The notes below the pieces were generated by a model, which searched no databases, had not been told where the DNA came from, and saw nothing but the letters and a program-made list of their open reading frames with translations. 64,000 nt of DNA from Felis catus (taxonomy: Eukaryota), in NCBI RefSeq assembly GCF_018350175.1, contig NC_058368.1, forward strand, positions 227,046,001-227,110,000, given 5' to 3'. The stretch's first letter is position 1, and every line of letters begins with the position of its first letter. The translations under genes and the position numbers were made by a program. Below, piece by piece: positions 22,380-33,784 of this stretch.

Positions 22380-22960
22380 AGCCAGGAAAGCCATCCTTGC
22401 AAAACATACATCAGCTCATGTCACTCCCCCGTTGAAAGCCAGACGTCTCCCTAGAATCACATTGAAGTCCTTCCCGTGGCTTCGAAGGCCCTGCACGGTC
22501 TGGTCCCAGGCTGTGCCTCTAGTTGTCTATCTCGATCTTCTCTTCTCTCTGCACCTGATTCCTTGAGGTGCCCTTACAGCTCTTCAGACGTGCTGAGCAC
22601 TCCCCTGACTCAGGACTTTGTGATAGCTGGTCCCTCTGTCTGGAATGCTTCCCCGAGGTATCCACAGGGTCTCCTCCCTACCTGCAGCCAGGCCTCCATC
22701 AGTTGTCATCTCTTTAGAGAAACCTGCTATGCCCACCCATTCTTTTCCATCACCTCCCACCCCTTACCTTGCTTTCCCCAGGGGACTCATCCATACCTCG
22801 AAATGTTATTGTTCCACTTGTCTTAATAAAAATCCTGTAAGGTAGAGATTTTGTCATGTTCATTCTTATATGCCACTAGCCAAATCGGGGCCTGGCACAT
22901 GAGTGGGTGTTCAACGAGTATGTTTTCACAAATGCAAAAACGAGTAAACGAATGAGCACC
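22380..22960 (+). mobile_element. L2 3' region
   Basis: TCATGTCACTCCCC...CCCTCTGTCTGGAATGCTTCC...GCCTGGCACATGAGTGGGTGTTCAA. Confidence 0.8.
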
Positions 22961-23157
22961 AGCTGCCGAATGCTTCTGTCTCTGAAAGAGTTGAAAGAGT
23001 TCCCCTTTACGACACCCGTAATCCTTTTAATTACTTGACATTTTACTCTTCGCTAGATTATGGCTGATTTCATTCACTGTTGTAAACCCCCAATGCCCTC
23101 CAAAGTGTTCTTTAAATACGCACTCAGTGAAAGTGAATGAATGAACTGTCTACTTTG

Positions 23158-23375
23158 TATAAATTTTTTTTTCAACGTTTATTTATTTTTGGGACAGAGA
23201 GAGACAGAGCATGAACGGGGTAGGGGCAGAGATTGAGGGAGACACAGAATCGGAAACAGGCTCCAGGCTCTGAGCCATCAGCCCAGAGCCCGACGCGGGG
23301 CTCGAACTCACGGACCGCGAGATCGTGACCTGGCTGAAGTCGGACACTTAACCGACTGCGCCACCCAGGCGCCCC
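23158..23375 (-). mobile_element. Young SINEC_Fc-type Can-SINE
   Basis: Near-consensus, CpG-rich; perfect 16-bp TSD TGAACTGTCTACTTTG at 23142-23157 and 23376-23391. Confidence 0.98.
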
Positions 23376-24330
23376 TGAACTGTCTACTTTGATTACCCAC
23401 AGGATCCATCCTGATGACAGATTTGACTCTCATCCTCAGGCAATAAAGGTAGACAAGAAAAATCTCGATTCATTAGCATTGTCATGATCACTAGCTAAGA
23501 GGATGGAGTGTCTTAGAATCAATAGCCAGATCAGGTCAGAAAAATCAGTGCTATCTCAGAAGGGATTGCTTTGTAGTGTCCAGGAAAAGTGGTCAGATTG
23601 CTCTATAGATCTGGATACCAAACCGATCACTGGGCCAATGAAGCAAGGAGCCAAATGCATCAGCAAACAGACTTAAGGGAAATTGTTTATAGCTCCACCA
23701 ATGCAGAAAATATTCTTCATTCATCTTCACGTAGAGAATACGAGTGACCTTAGGAACATGGGAAAGAAGGGAGCTAGACATGTCCCTTGTGATGTGCACC
23801 TGCTCCCCTCTCCTATTCTAGGTTAAACTGGCCCCCGCTTGGGAGACTGTTCCTGTTCATGATCAAAGCAGCTACAATGCACAGTGGACTTTCCATGCCT
23901 TTTGTAATACTGAGCTTCCTCTCAAAGGCCAACTGACTCCAAGTTCCTGATTTCCCAGCCACGTGAGAAGCAGACCTGGGATAAGACTAGTTCCCCTGAG
24001 GAAAACGAAAATGAAACCTAGCCAACACGTAAAAACACCACACCTCAAAGAGTCAAGTCCTCATGGCAGGTCAAACAGATAGAGGTGTTCAGGCCACGTG
24101 GAGTAAACCATTTGGATTTGCCTTTCTTATCTCCTACGCCGTGGTATCACCATCTGAGAGCTTACCGAGTGTCTTTATGCATCACGTGGTGTTCCACCGA
24201 AGCTGCCCCTGGCCAAGGAATTCATCTCCAAGCTAAAGAAACAAAGCTGCAGACACAAAGCTGAAGACACGGTATGCACTGGCTATACCCACCATCTTCA
24301 GATAGAGGTAGTGTTATGAAAAGCAACAGC

Positions 24331-24551
24331 CACAAACTTCCAGTTATAAAATAAATAAGTCCTAGGAATGAGAGGTACAGCATAGAAAATATAGTCAATA
24401 ACATTGTAAAATCTTTGGTTAACAGATAACTGCTCTACGTTACACTCCAGTAGTAAGCATTTTGGACTGTATATAATTGTTGAATTATTGTGTTGTACGT
24501 TCGGAAACTACGATAACGTCGTATGTAAACTACACTTCAATTAAAAAAAAA
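24331..24551 (+). mobile_element. Carnivore L1 3'UTR fragment
   Basis: ACAAACTTCCAGTTATAAAATAAATAAGTC...TACAGCATAGAAAATATAGTCAATAAC...CTACACTTCAATTAAAAA. Confidence 0.85.
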
Positions 24552-24556
24552 TTGGG

Positions 24557-24765
24557 GGGGCACCTGGGTGGCTCAGTCGGTTGAGCGTCCGACTTCGGCT
24601 CAGGTCATGATCTCGCGGTCGGTGAGTTCGAGCCCCGCGTCGGGCTCTGTGCGGACAGCTCAGGGCCTGGCGCCTGCTTCGGATTCTGTGCCTCCCTCTC
24701 TCTCTGCTCCTCCCGCGTTTACACTCTGTTTCTCTCTCAAAAATAAATCAAGATTAAAAAAATTT
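24557..24765 (+). mobile_element. Can-SINE inserted in the L1 A tail
   Basis: Full head, B box, CT tract and tail. Confidence 0.97.
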
Positions 24766-25040
24766 TTTTTAATTTTTTTTAATTTGAAAGGCAACAAGAA
24801 ACAACCACCACAACTAAGACATGATTTAAGTAATTATAGGCTAAGCTATTTGGACTAATTCCCCTAAGCAAAACAAAAGCAAAACCTGGCCAAAACATAA
24901 AAACACCAGAGTTTATAAACCTCCTGGGAACATGTGGGCAAGAGGGGATCCCAAACAGGACTAAATCCAACATCCTAGGTCCATGGCCATGGTTACCATT
25001 TAATTACACTAAAACTCGCCCTGTAAACACTATCCATGCT

Positions 25041-25262
25041 GGGGTGCCTGGGTGGCTCAGCTGATTGAGTGCCCAACTCTTGATTTCAGCTCAGGGCAGG
25101 ATCTCACAGTTCGTGGGTTCAAGCCCTGCGTGGGGCTCTGTGCTGAAAGCTCAGAGCCTGCTTGGGATTCTCTCTCTCTCTCTCTCTCTGTTACCCCTCC
25201 CCCACTTGCATGCACACACGCCCTCTGTCTCTCAAAGATAAACAAACAAACTTTATTTTTAA
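25041..25262 (+). mobile_element. Can-SINE
   Basis: GGGGTGCCTGGGTGGCTCAG head, GAGCCTGCTTGGGATTC, CT tract. Confidence 0.95.
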
Positions 25263-25297
25263 AAATAAATTAATTCATTAAATTTTAAAAATAAATA

Positions 25298-25430
25298 CTA
25301 ACAGTCCTATAAGGTGCACCCAGGGCTCATCCCCATCTTACAGGCCAAGAAACTGAGGATTGAGTATCTGAGAGTCATCATTTGTTCTGGCGTAGATAAG
25401 CTTCAAGTTCAGTTCCATCTTACTCCAAAT
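25298..25430 (-). mobile_element. MIR remnant
   Basis: ATCCCCATCTTACAGGCCAAGAAACTGAGG core. Confidence 0.55.
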
Positions 25431-25849
25431 CACCAGAATATTTAATAAGTCCCTAGTGTCTGTGACCTCATGGGCATGAAATACTACTCTTTTGAAAATC
25501 CAAGGAAGTAAGCTGCTTCAGCGACTTGTTCTCTTCCAACATGTACGAAATTGTCAATCGTTTCTATTATCCAGGCCGAAAATCTCAACACAACTCCCAA
25601 AATGCAGTCAGGCCAACCCCTCACTGTTCTCAACTCAATACATCTTCATTTTACAACCGAGTATTTACGACACGCTGATTACAGACCCACTTGATGAACT
25701 CCCTCCTTGGTTGAAGGAGAAAATCAAGAGGCTTGTGTTAAGAAAGGGCAATGTGTTACAAACACATGCTCGCAAAGGGTAAGCAGGGTGCCCTTGCCAT
25801 GACCTCACTTCAGGAAAGCCCACTCCGGTGAGTGTAGAAAGACGACCAG

Positions 25850-26110
25850 GAAATGCTTTGAGCCTTAGGGAAGACTGTTCACATGAATGGGACAGCAAGT
25901 GCAAAGGCCAGGAGGTCGGAAAGGAGCTGTTGTGTTTGAAAAGTAAGGAAACGAATAGGACCACGTACCCGGCTGTGGCAAGTTTACGGGGAAGAACGGG
26001 AATATGAGATGCTCAATATGAGAATATGAGAATATGAGTTGGCTAAATCCCATCTACATCACGTAGGGCCTTGGGGGTATTGGTAGGGAATTCAGAGTTT
26101 ATTCTAAGAG
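25850..26110 (-). mobile_element. L2 fragment
   Basis: GGGACAGCAAGTGCAAAGGCC...ATCACGTAGGGCCTTG...GAGTTTATTCTAAG. Confidence 0.7.
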
Positions 26111-26585
26111 TTCAGAAATGAGAGGTGATCAAAAATTGAACTCCAGAGTTTACTTCATTTTTAATTAATATTATACATATGAAATGTATAAGTCATAAAC
26201 TTCCGCTTTGAGCTTTTACAAAAGCTTATTGTTTGATTTCAAAGACTAGCACATTTTAATAATCGTGCAAGGGGTCCAGTTGCTGTCTGTCCCCCCCCCT
26301 TACAAGATCAACTAATTGATTGCCTTGAAACACTTTACAGTGAATTTATGAATTCACCATTTGATACTTTCTAATTTTTCAATCGTCTGCAAAATTTTCC
26401 CGAGTACTTCTGTAATTATGAATATGTTGTAAATACAGTGATTCTTAAAGTCTCTTAAATGTCCCGATAACTGTATATAAGCTTAGCATGATTTCAAATA
26501 AATCACGAACATAAAATTATTGCTCATCTAATTTTTAAACTGAAATCATGATAAGCTATTGCCATTCTAACACAGCAGATATTCT

Positions 26586-26846
26586 TTTAATTTAAAGCTT
26601 TTTAAAATTTTATTTTTGATGTTTATTTTTGAGAGAGAGACAGACTGTGAGCGGGGGAGGGGGAGAGAGAGAGGGAGACACAGAATTCGAAGCAGGCTCC
26701 AGGCGAGAGAGGGAGACACAGAATCCGAAGCAGGCTCCAGGCTCCGAGCCGTCAGCACAGAGCCCCACGCCGGCCTGGAACTCACTGCCAGATCATGACC
26801 TGAGCCAAAGTCAGGTGCTTAACCGACTGAGCCACCCAGGCCCCCC
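26586..26846 (-). mobile_element. Can-SINE with a 38-bp internal tandem duplication
   Basis: GAGAGAGGGAGACACAGAAT(T/C)CGAAGCAGGCTCCAGGC occurs twice (26667-26742); TSD core ACAGCAGAT. Confidence 0.95.
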
Positions 26847-27009
26847 TACAGCAGATGGTCTTACACATTACAAATACTAACAAATGCAGACATCTTACGT
26901 GAAAGCTATGATGAGTTTTCACTTTCTTCATGTCTATACGTCATTCTAAACCTCCCCGGAGTCAAAGGGGCTTATCCACTAAGGGAAAAATTGTATCAAT
27001 TCGAACTGC

Positions 27010-27511
27010 TTTTTTTTTTTCAGGCTTATTGAAAATCGCATATATTTAAAGTACATCCAGGGTGATGATTTAATGTACATATACATTGTGTAATGATCAC
27101 CACAATCAAGTCAATTAACATATCCATCACCTTACACGGCCACCTTTTTGGGGCGCCTGGTGAGAACACTTAAGAGGCTCTCTGGCAAATTCCAAGTATA
27201 CAATGCGGTATTCTTAACAATACCATGCTGTACACCGGATTCCCAGAACTCACTCATCCTGCTGAACTGCGACTCTGTGTCCTTTGACAAGCATCTCCCC
27301 ATCCCCCCCCACACACCCCCAGCCACCGGCCACCACCGTTCCCTTCTCTGTCTCCACGAATTCAACTTTTGTTTCCACCTCCACGCCGAGGGGGATCACA
27401 CGGCGTTTGCCTTCCTCTGGCTCGCTTATTCGCTTGGCATAACGTCCCTCCGCCAGGTTCGCCCGGGTTGTCACAAATGGTGTCAGCCATAAAAAAGAAG
27501 GAAATCCTGCC
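27010..27511 (-). mobile_element. L1MA-like 3' end with a short 5' inversion
   Basis: Poly-T at 27010, L1MA 3'UTR pattern; 27483-27511 is the adjacent L1 sequence in the opposite orientation. Confidence 0.88.
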
Positions 27512-27853
27512 TCCTCCGACAATCCCAGGCTTGCTTTCTCAGGGGCGCAGTTAGGATTTCTTGGCACACTGTCCACTAACCAGACCCAGATTCTGGGTGT
27601 TGTAATACCCGGAACTACAGACACCCAGGGCAGGCCTCCCTATTCCGACTGCCAAGCCAGGTCCCCCTATGTAGTACTTGCCAGAGCTAAGAAGTGCGCC
27701 CCAGACAGAGCCACCTACTCTGCCCGTTACTTTAATCTCCAGCCTCCATCCCGGTGGCTTCTCCACTTGATTGCATTAACGGATCAGTGTACCGGCTTCC
27801 CTGGGTCCCCACTTCTTGTCCTGCTCTTCCCATCTTCAGAATCACAACCCTTA

Positions 27854-28080
27854 GGGGCGCCTGGGTGGCTCAGTTGGTTGAACGTCCGACTTGGGCTCAG
27901 GTCGTGATCTCGTGGTCTGTGAGTTCGAGCCCCGCGTCGGGCTCTGGGCTGACAGCTCGTAGCCTGGAGCCCGCTTCGGATTCTGTGTCTCCCTCTCTCT
28001 CCGCCCCTGCCCCGCTCATGCTCTGTCTCTCTCTCTCTCTGTCTAAAATAAATAAACATTAAAAAAGAATTTAAAAATTT
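27854..28080 (+). mobile_element. Can-SINE (feliform type)
   Basis: TSD AGAATCACAACC(C/T)TTA at 27838-27853 and 28085-28100. Confidence 0.97.
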
Positions 28081-28215
28081 TTTTAGAATCACAACCTTTA
28101 GAGAGCTTAAAGTAACATCAAATTGAATTCTGGAATTCCTTCATGGCTTTATCCGCCAAGAGCAGTGAGAAGTCATTGAATGATTTTGAACAGGGGTGTG
28201 ATATGAATAGCTTTA

Positions 28216-28435
28216 TTTTATTTTATTTATTTTATTTTATTTTATTTTATTGAGAGAGAGAGACAGAGGGAGAGTGGGGCAAGGGCAAAAAAAGAGACAG
28301 ACACGGAATCCAAAGTGGGCTCCAGGCTCTGAGCCTTCAGCACAGAGCCCAATGCAGGGCTCGAACCCACAAACCGTGAGATCACGACCTGAGCCAAAGT
28401 CAGACACCTCACCGACTGAGCCAGCCAGGTGCCCC
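28216..28435 (-). mobile_element. Can-SINE inserted in the tail of the next SINE
   Basis: (TTTTA)n tail, head ending GGTGCCCC. Confidence 0.95.
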
Positions 28436-28664
28436 TTATTTTATTTTATTTTATTTTATTATTTATTTTTTTGAAAGAGAGAGAGAGAATGAGCGGAGGA
28501 GGGTGGGAGGGAGAGGGAGAGAGAGAGAATCTTAAACAGACTTCGTGCCCAGTGTGGAATCCAATGCAGGGCTCTACGTGGGGTTCCATCTAACGGCCTG
28601 AGATCATGACCTGAGCCGAAATCAAGAGTCAGATGCTTCACTGACTGAGCCACCCACGTGCTCT
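28436..28664 (-). mobile_element. Older Can-SINE
   Basis: GAATCTTAAACAGAC...AATCAAGAGTCAGATGC; outer TSD GAATAG(C/T)TTTA encloses both SINEs. Confidence 0.92.
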
Positions 28665-29275
28665 GGAATAGTTTTACATTTTTAAAATATTAGTCTGCAA
28701 TTTGGGGCAAAATGAGTTAGAAAGATACAAAGTGGATTCAGAGAGACCATTGTGAGGCTCTTGAAGTATTTCAGGCAAGAGAGTGCTTTGTGATTCAAGC
28801 TAAGGATTCCATCTATCTCTACACCCTTGACTGAGAATGGCCCTCCTCTTTGAGAAACTCTGTCTTCTTCCACTGAGGGCCATGCCCAGCGGGGGAGACA
28901 AGTGGAAATTAAAAGGGAAGAATACAACCAACACCCCTCCGGTCTATGGGGCGTGGCACCTAAGAGAGGTAGGAATCCAGCAAAGAAAGACACTGAACCC
29001 AAAATAGGATCATAGAGTTTCAAATGTTGCCCATTGGATGTAAGGGGAGTTGGATATATTTATGTGTATAAACACAGCTGAGTCTCCCAGCTGTGATGGG
29101 ACAGATGGGAAATAACAGTATCTGCAAATTCTTCTGCACTTCTACACGTATTATATCATTTTCTTCGAATCTATGAAAGGAAGGAGACTTATTATTAATC
29201 ACATTTTTATACGAAGACATCAGGGCATAGAAAATGTCAACTAGTTAGTTCAAGGCAATGTCCAAATATGTATTT

Positions 29276-29277
<2 letters not shown>

Positions 29278-29308
<31 letters not shown>
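29278..29308. repeat. (CA)n microsatellite within a MIR remnant
   Basis: Direct reading. Confidence 0.9.
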
Positions 29309-29311
<3 letters not shown>

Positions 29312-29489
29312 GACAGAGCTAGGACTAGGGTTTCTGAGAGTATTTCTTACTTCAGGAATCTACTCATATGGTTAAGGCTTTTCAGTCTGGAAACTTCTCC
29401 TCAAAGCCATCCTAGCAGGCAGATCTCTAGCTATTAGATTTTTTATATTATAAAAATAGTATAAAGGCTTACTAGTGCTTGACACTGTA

Positions 29490-29600
29490 TGTGGGAAAAA
29501 GTGAAGCCTGTAGGATTTCTGTTTTGTTCATCATTTTGTCCCCTGTGCCTAGCGCTCAGCCTGGCGTCTATTCAGTGTTTGATAAACATTTAAGCAGATA
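29490..29600 (+). mobile_element. L2 3' end
   Basis: TCTGTTTTGTTCATC...GTGCCTAGCGCTCAGCCTGGC...GATAAACATTT. Confidence 0.6.
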
Positions 29601-29890
29601 TTGGTGGTTATATATGTCCCACCTATGTGTGGAAGTCGTTTGGGGGGCACAGGAAATTCCAAATAAGAGTCGATTCTTGGGCTCAATTCCTGCAGTGTAG
29701 CTGCTAGACAGACAGCCCCAAAGCCCTCTCCTCTGGCTCAGTTGTGCTTCCCAAGTGTTGACTCCTGTAGGAAGATACTGGTCTTTCTGCTTCTCAGGAT
29801 TGCCCTCATTCCCTGACATTTTGTGATTCTTCCTTTATTCTTCTCTTCCAGTTAGCACATGGAATTGGTTGGAAGTATCATCCTCCCTCC

Positions 29891-30440
29891 TGTGGAAATA
29901 AATGAAGACCAACCAAGGGCACACAAGCAAAGACAACTGAGTGAGAGCTTGCTGTAACAAGAAACTATCACTTCTCGTTTGGCAGGGACTCAAAGGCAAG
30001 CAGAGAAGTGGGAATGTTTTCTAGTGGAAAACAGGGAAGGCTTCAGAGAAGCCCCCACTGGAGGCTCTTCATGCGGAGAAGCTGGAAAAGAGCTTATGAG
30101 AAGCAGGGAGCCCTTTGTGATTGGTCGGGGTGCATGTTGGGCTGTCTCCAATCGGTCTTAAGTTCGTAGCAGTGACCAAAACTGGGGAAACTGTGCATTA
30201 TTAAGCAAGTTCCAGCCACTTGGGGTCAATTGGTACAAGAGTTATTGTTGGGCTTCCTGAATTGTTGCTAGAGCTAGTGGTCTGAATTTCTAGAAGTCTG
30301 CCATAGACGGCAGACTGGCTTCCTGGGCTGGTTACCATAGATAATGGGCCATATACCTGGGCTGGTTGAGCAGACTGTGGGTCACAGCTCCATTTTTAAG
30401 CATGGTATGCCTTCAGCCCATTGGTCTAGTCAGTCTTTTA
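29891..30440 (-). mobile_element. ERV1 solo LTR (MER89-like)
   Basis: TGTGGAAATAAATGAAGACCAACCAA terminus, repeated GGCTTCCTGGGCTGGTT, ends TCAGTCTTTTA. Confidence 0.8.
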
Positions 30441-30747
30441 CTGCTGGTCTGAATTCTGATCTTAGGCTCATCAGAGCTGCCTTACCTCCATCTTCTTAAT
30501 AAGGCTTAGAACAGCAGAACTATTGCATGTAACTTGCTTGCAAGTATAACCTCTTTCTCCTTTGAAACCTGATCAGAAAGGAAGGCTGGGTCAAGAAGTA
30601 ATTTAAATATCAGGAACTCACGATCATCCCATCCCCGTGACCCCTGCTACCGTCCTCAGAAAAAGCATGGGCACCTATACTTTCTCTCTTTCCAGAACAA
30701 ATGTTCTTAACCATCAGCTTCTCTACTTGAAGCAGACCCGGGGATGT

Positions 30748-31145
30748 GTCGGCCAGATGGCCCTTCGAGGAAGAAAGGAGGACTTGCTCTCGTTTGCAGG
30801 AAAAACAGTCAGCAGACAGCTTCACTGTCAGCTCCTTCAGGTTCTCAGCTGCTCAGAACCTCCTCACCCTAGGTCACGCCCTTCTGGGGGCAGCCCATGT
30901 CCAGGAACTGAGCAAGGCAGCTGACAAACTGACAAAGACACCGCCATTTTGTCCTGAGGAGGACAACTTTGATGGGGATGCTCTCCCCAGGGGACACTGC
31001 CAGATAGGCCAAGACTTCTCAGAACTACAGCACCATTTCACTGTTTCCCCTACCAGTCTCCCACTTCCTTTCACAACTGCTGATTCCTAATAAAATCGTG
31101 CACCCCAAATTCCATGTAAGTGTTGGGAAAAACCAATCTGTACCT
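30748..31145 (+). mobile_element. ERVL LTR (LTR16-like)
   Basis: AGGTCACGCCCTTCTGGGGGCAGCCCATGTCCAG...GGACAACTTTGATGGG...CCTAATAAAATCGTGCAC. Confidence 0.75.
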
Positions 31146-31294
31146 CTACCCTCAGAGCCTGTCTGCCATTGGCTCCAGAGTCTTAGCCCTACAGATGAAG
31201 AGCCTAGTCAAATAAACATGAATACACTCTCTGTTCACAGCTTCACCCCTCACTTCTTTAACTTAAGCCTAGGAGTAAACTCTCTCTCTTCTTT

Positions 31295-31343
31295 CATACA
31301 CGTGCACGTGCGCGCGCGCCCACACACACACACACACACACAC
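31295..31343. repeat. Alternating purine-pyrimidine tract (CACGTG)2(CG)4 then (CA)n
   Basis: Direct reading. Confidence 0.9.
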
Positions 31344-32409
31344 CAGTCTAACCATTGTGATCAACCTGTTCTCTGATTAATTATGTAGGTAAGCAAGACC
31401 TAAACCACAGATGAGCAAGTGCTAGCTCATAGTCTGTCATTGGATTCATGATAGTCAAGGATTGAATTTAAAAGTAGAGAAGAGTCCATCCATTTCTCCT
31501 CTATGGAAGTAATGGGGCAGCTGGGTGCTCTCCCAGCTCCCCTGTGCCCTTTAATCTGAGATATGAGTATAACACCAAACCCAGGATAGCCTGGCCAATA
31601 ATAGAAGAATAGAAAAGTGGAAGAATGGAAAAATCAATAGAAAGAAAGAAGGTCAGATTTAGCCAAGTTGTTACCTCGAGTCATTCCTGATTTACGGTTT
31701 AACCCCCTGTCTTAGAGTCTCATCCCACAGCAGGAATTTAGCACGAATCCTTTGAGCTTTGAGCTGGTTGGGGAGCTAGGTGTCTGGGCTTCAGATGGCG
31801 CATACACAAAACCATGGGCAATCATAGTCTGTGGCTCCAGACAGCTACTGGATTAAGGAGAAACTCTGTTCATTGGTGCTAAATTAAACATGATCCAAAT
31901 CCTCACATGACTAATATTTTGTACTTTTTTCTCATCAAAGGGTGATTTATTGAGTAGGCGAAATGGATATCAGGAGCAAATAGCAAAGTGAATGAGCATG
32001 AGTGTGGAGAAGAAGGAAAATGCACTGCTTCAGCCTCCGTTTGCTAGTGAATCACCCCCTCTAGAATTATCACCAGCAATGAGAAAATACATCCATCAAG
32101 CAGACAGTATGCTGGAGAGTCTGTGCACAAAAGCCAAAGAAACAGCCACCGCCTCCTGTTTTCCCAATGAGAAAGCATTCCAAAATTCAGAGAGCTAAGA
32201 CACGGGTCCCCAGTTGTTCATATTACCCTCAAATGAAACCTCATTACTATGAGTCATTATGTTCCAGTAGCTTTATTTCTAGGGCCTTTAAGCTGCAAGA
32301 CTGTGAGTATTTCATCCAACATGAACAGGCCTGGGATAACTTGTGGTTTGAGGCATTATAGAATCGCGAAAGGCAACCTAAATCACTTGGAGAACATCAA
32401 GTCAAATTA

Positions 32410-33760
32410 GATCAAGATGGCCTACTGAAAATACAGACTGCCTCCTCTCCTGTTCCAAGTCCCTCGAAAGGCGAGACACGGGGAAAGTGTGTGTGTACAA
32501 GAGATTAACTGCTTATCAGCATTAGGGGGGAAAAAAAAAGATCTATCAGTACACTAGAAATGTGGCTAAATCCCAAGAGATAGAAGGTAAATGAGGTTGG
32601 TCGCATGGAGTAAACAAAAGCCCAAAACTCGGCCCAGGATAGGGAAACTACAAAAAACTGGAGCAGAGGTGGGTATGTTCTAAGCCTGGATGTGGCCATT
32701 GTGGGTTGCTAGGGAAACCATCAGGGCTGCAGAATCACATTTGGAGCATTTAGAGCAGCCTGGTGGGTCCGCCCTGCGTTCACCAACCCTTTGGGCCACA
32801 CCTCCAATTCAACCAGAAGAAAGCATTTTCCCTTTGACTCTAGCAGTGAGTTCCAATGCTCAGGTTGAGGAGGCTGGTCAGTGCCAACACTAACTTCTGA
32901 CAAATGAGGAAAAAAAAAAAAAAAACAAACAAGAAAACAAGAAAAAAGGCCAAAAGACAGAGTAACCAAACACTCCACCAGGGAGCATCCCGGCCCCTTC
33001 CAAAATCCCCAGAGGCAAATTGCAGCAAACAGACATAATCACCCAGGTGTAAACAGGGAATCTCAAATTGTAAAGTTGAGTACATAACCAAGAAACAGAA
33101 AATATTTAAGGAAAAGCGACACTTTGAAAGACAAGCACAAAAGGCAGCAAATAGAAGAAGGTTCACAACGGAACCAAACAAGAGAGGATTTCAAATGAAG
33201 TATAATTAATAACTTCAGAGTTAGAGGAGAAGTTATCTTACCTATGAAATTACAAAGGAGTTATTTTGACCATTAGAGATCTCGGAAATAAAAGAACATA
33301 ATTATCAAAATAAAAATCTCAACTAGACCAAAATATCAAAACAGACACCCCTGAGGAAGAAGTTACTAAGCTGGCAGACAGAGCTGAAAAATTCTCTCAG
33401 AATTGTGTACAGGACAAGAGAAAAGGAAAAGATACATCATAAACGTCTAAAACATGAAAGGTACTTGCAAGGGTTTGAAAATCCACTGAAACAGAGAAAC
33501 TGAGCACAACCTGGGTCAAAATTCCAACAGAACTTTCATTGAACTTGACAAGTTAATTATAAAACGAAGAAAAAATGCAGAATGAGAAAGAGCAATTGAA
33601 GGAATTTGACCTGCCAAATATCAGAACAAGCTTTCAAGTTCCGTCAGCTCGCACAATATGGTAATTGCATATAGTGAGTCTTGATACAGGAACAAACATA
33701 GATGATTATCAAATGGGGGGGAAAAATGGAAAGCTCATATTAAGATACATTTCACGTGGG
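32410..33760 (+). mobile_element. Old L1M (L1ME/HAL1-like) 5'UTR, ORF1 and ORF2 remnants
   Basis: TCAAGATGGCCTACTGAA start; A-rich ORF1-like stretch 33080-33440; CAAAATTCCAACAG...GAACTTGACAAGTTAATTATAAAA is ORF2-like. Confidence 0.6.
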
Positions 33761-33784
33761 GAGTTAATGCCATAAATCAGAGAT

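Larger units (their letters stand above)
28130..28810 (-). mobile_element. L2 fragment interrupted by two SINEs
   Basis: GAGAAGTCATTGAATGATTTTGAACAGGGGTGTGATATGA...GAGAGACCATTGTGAGGCT. Confidence 0.65.
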
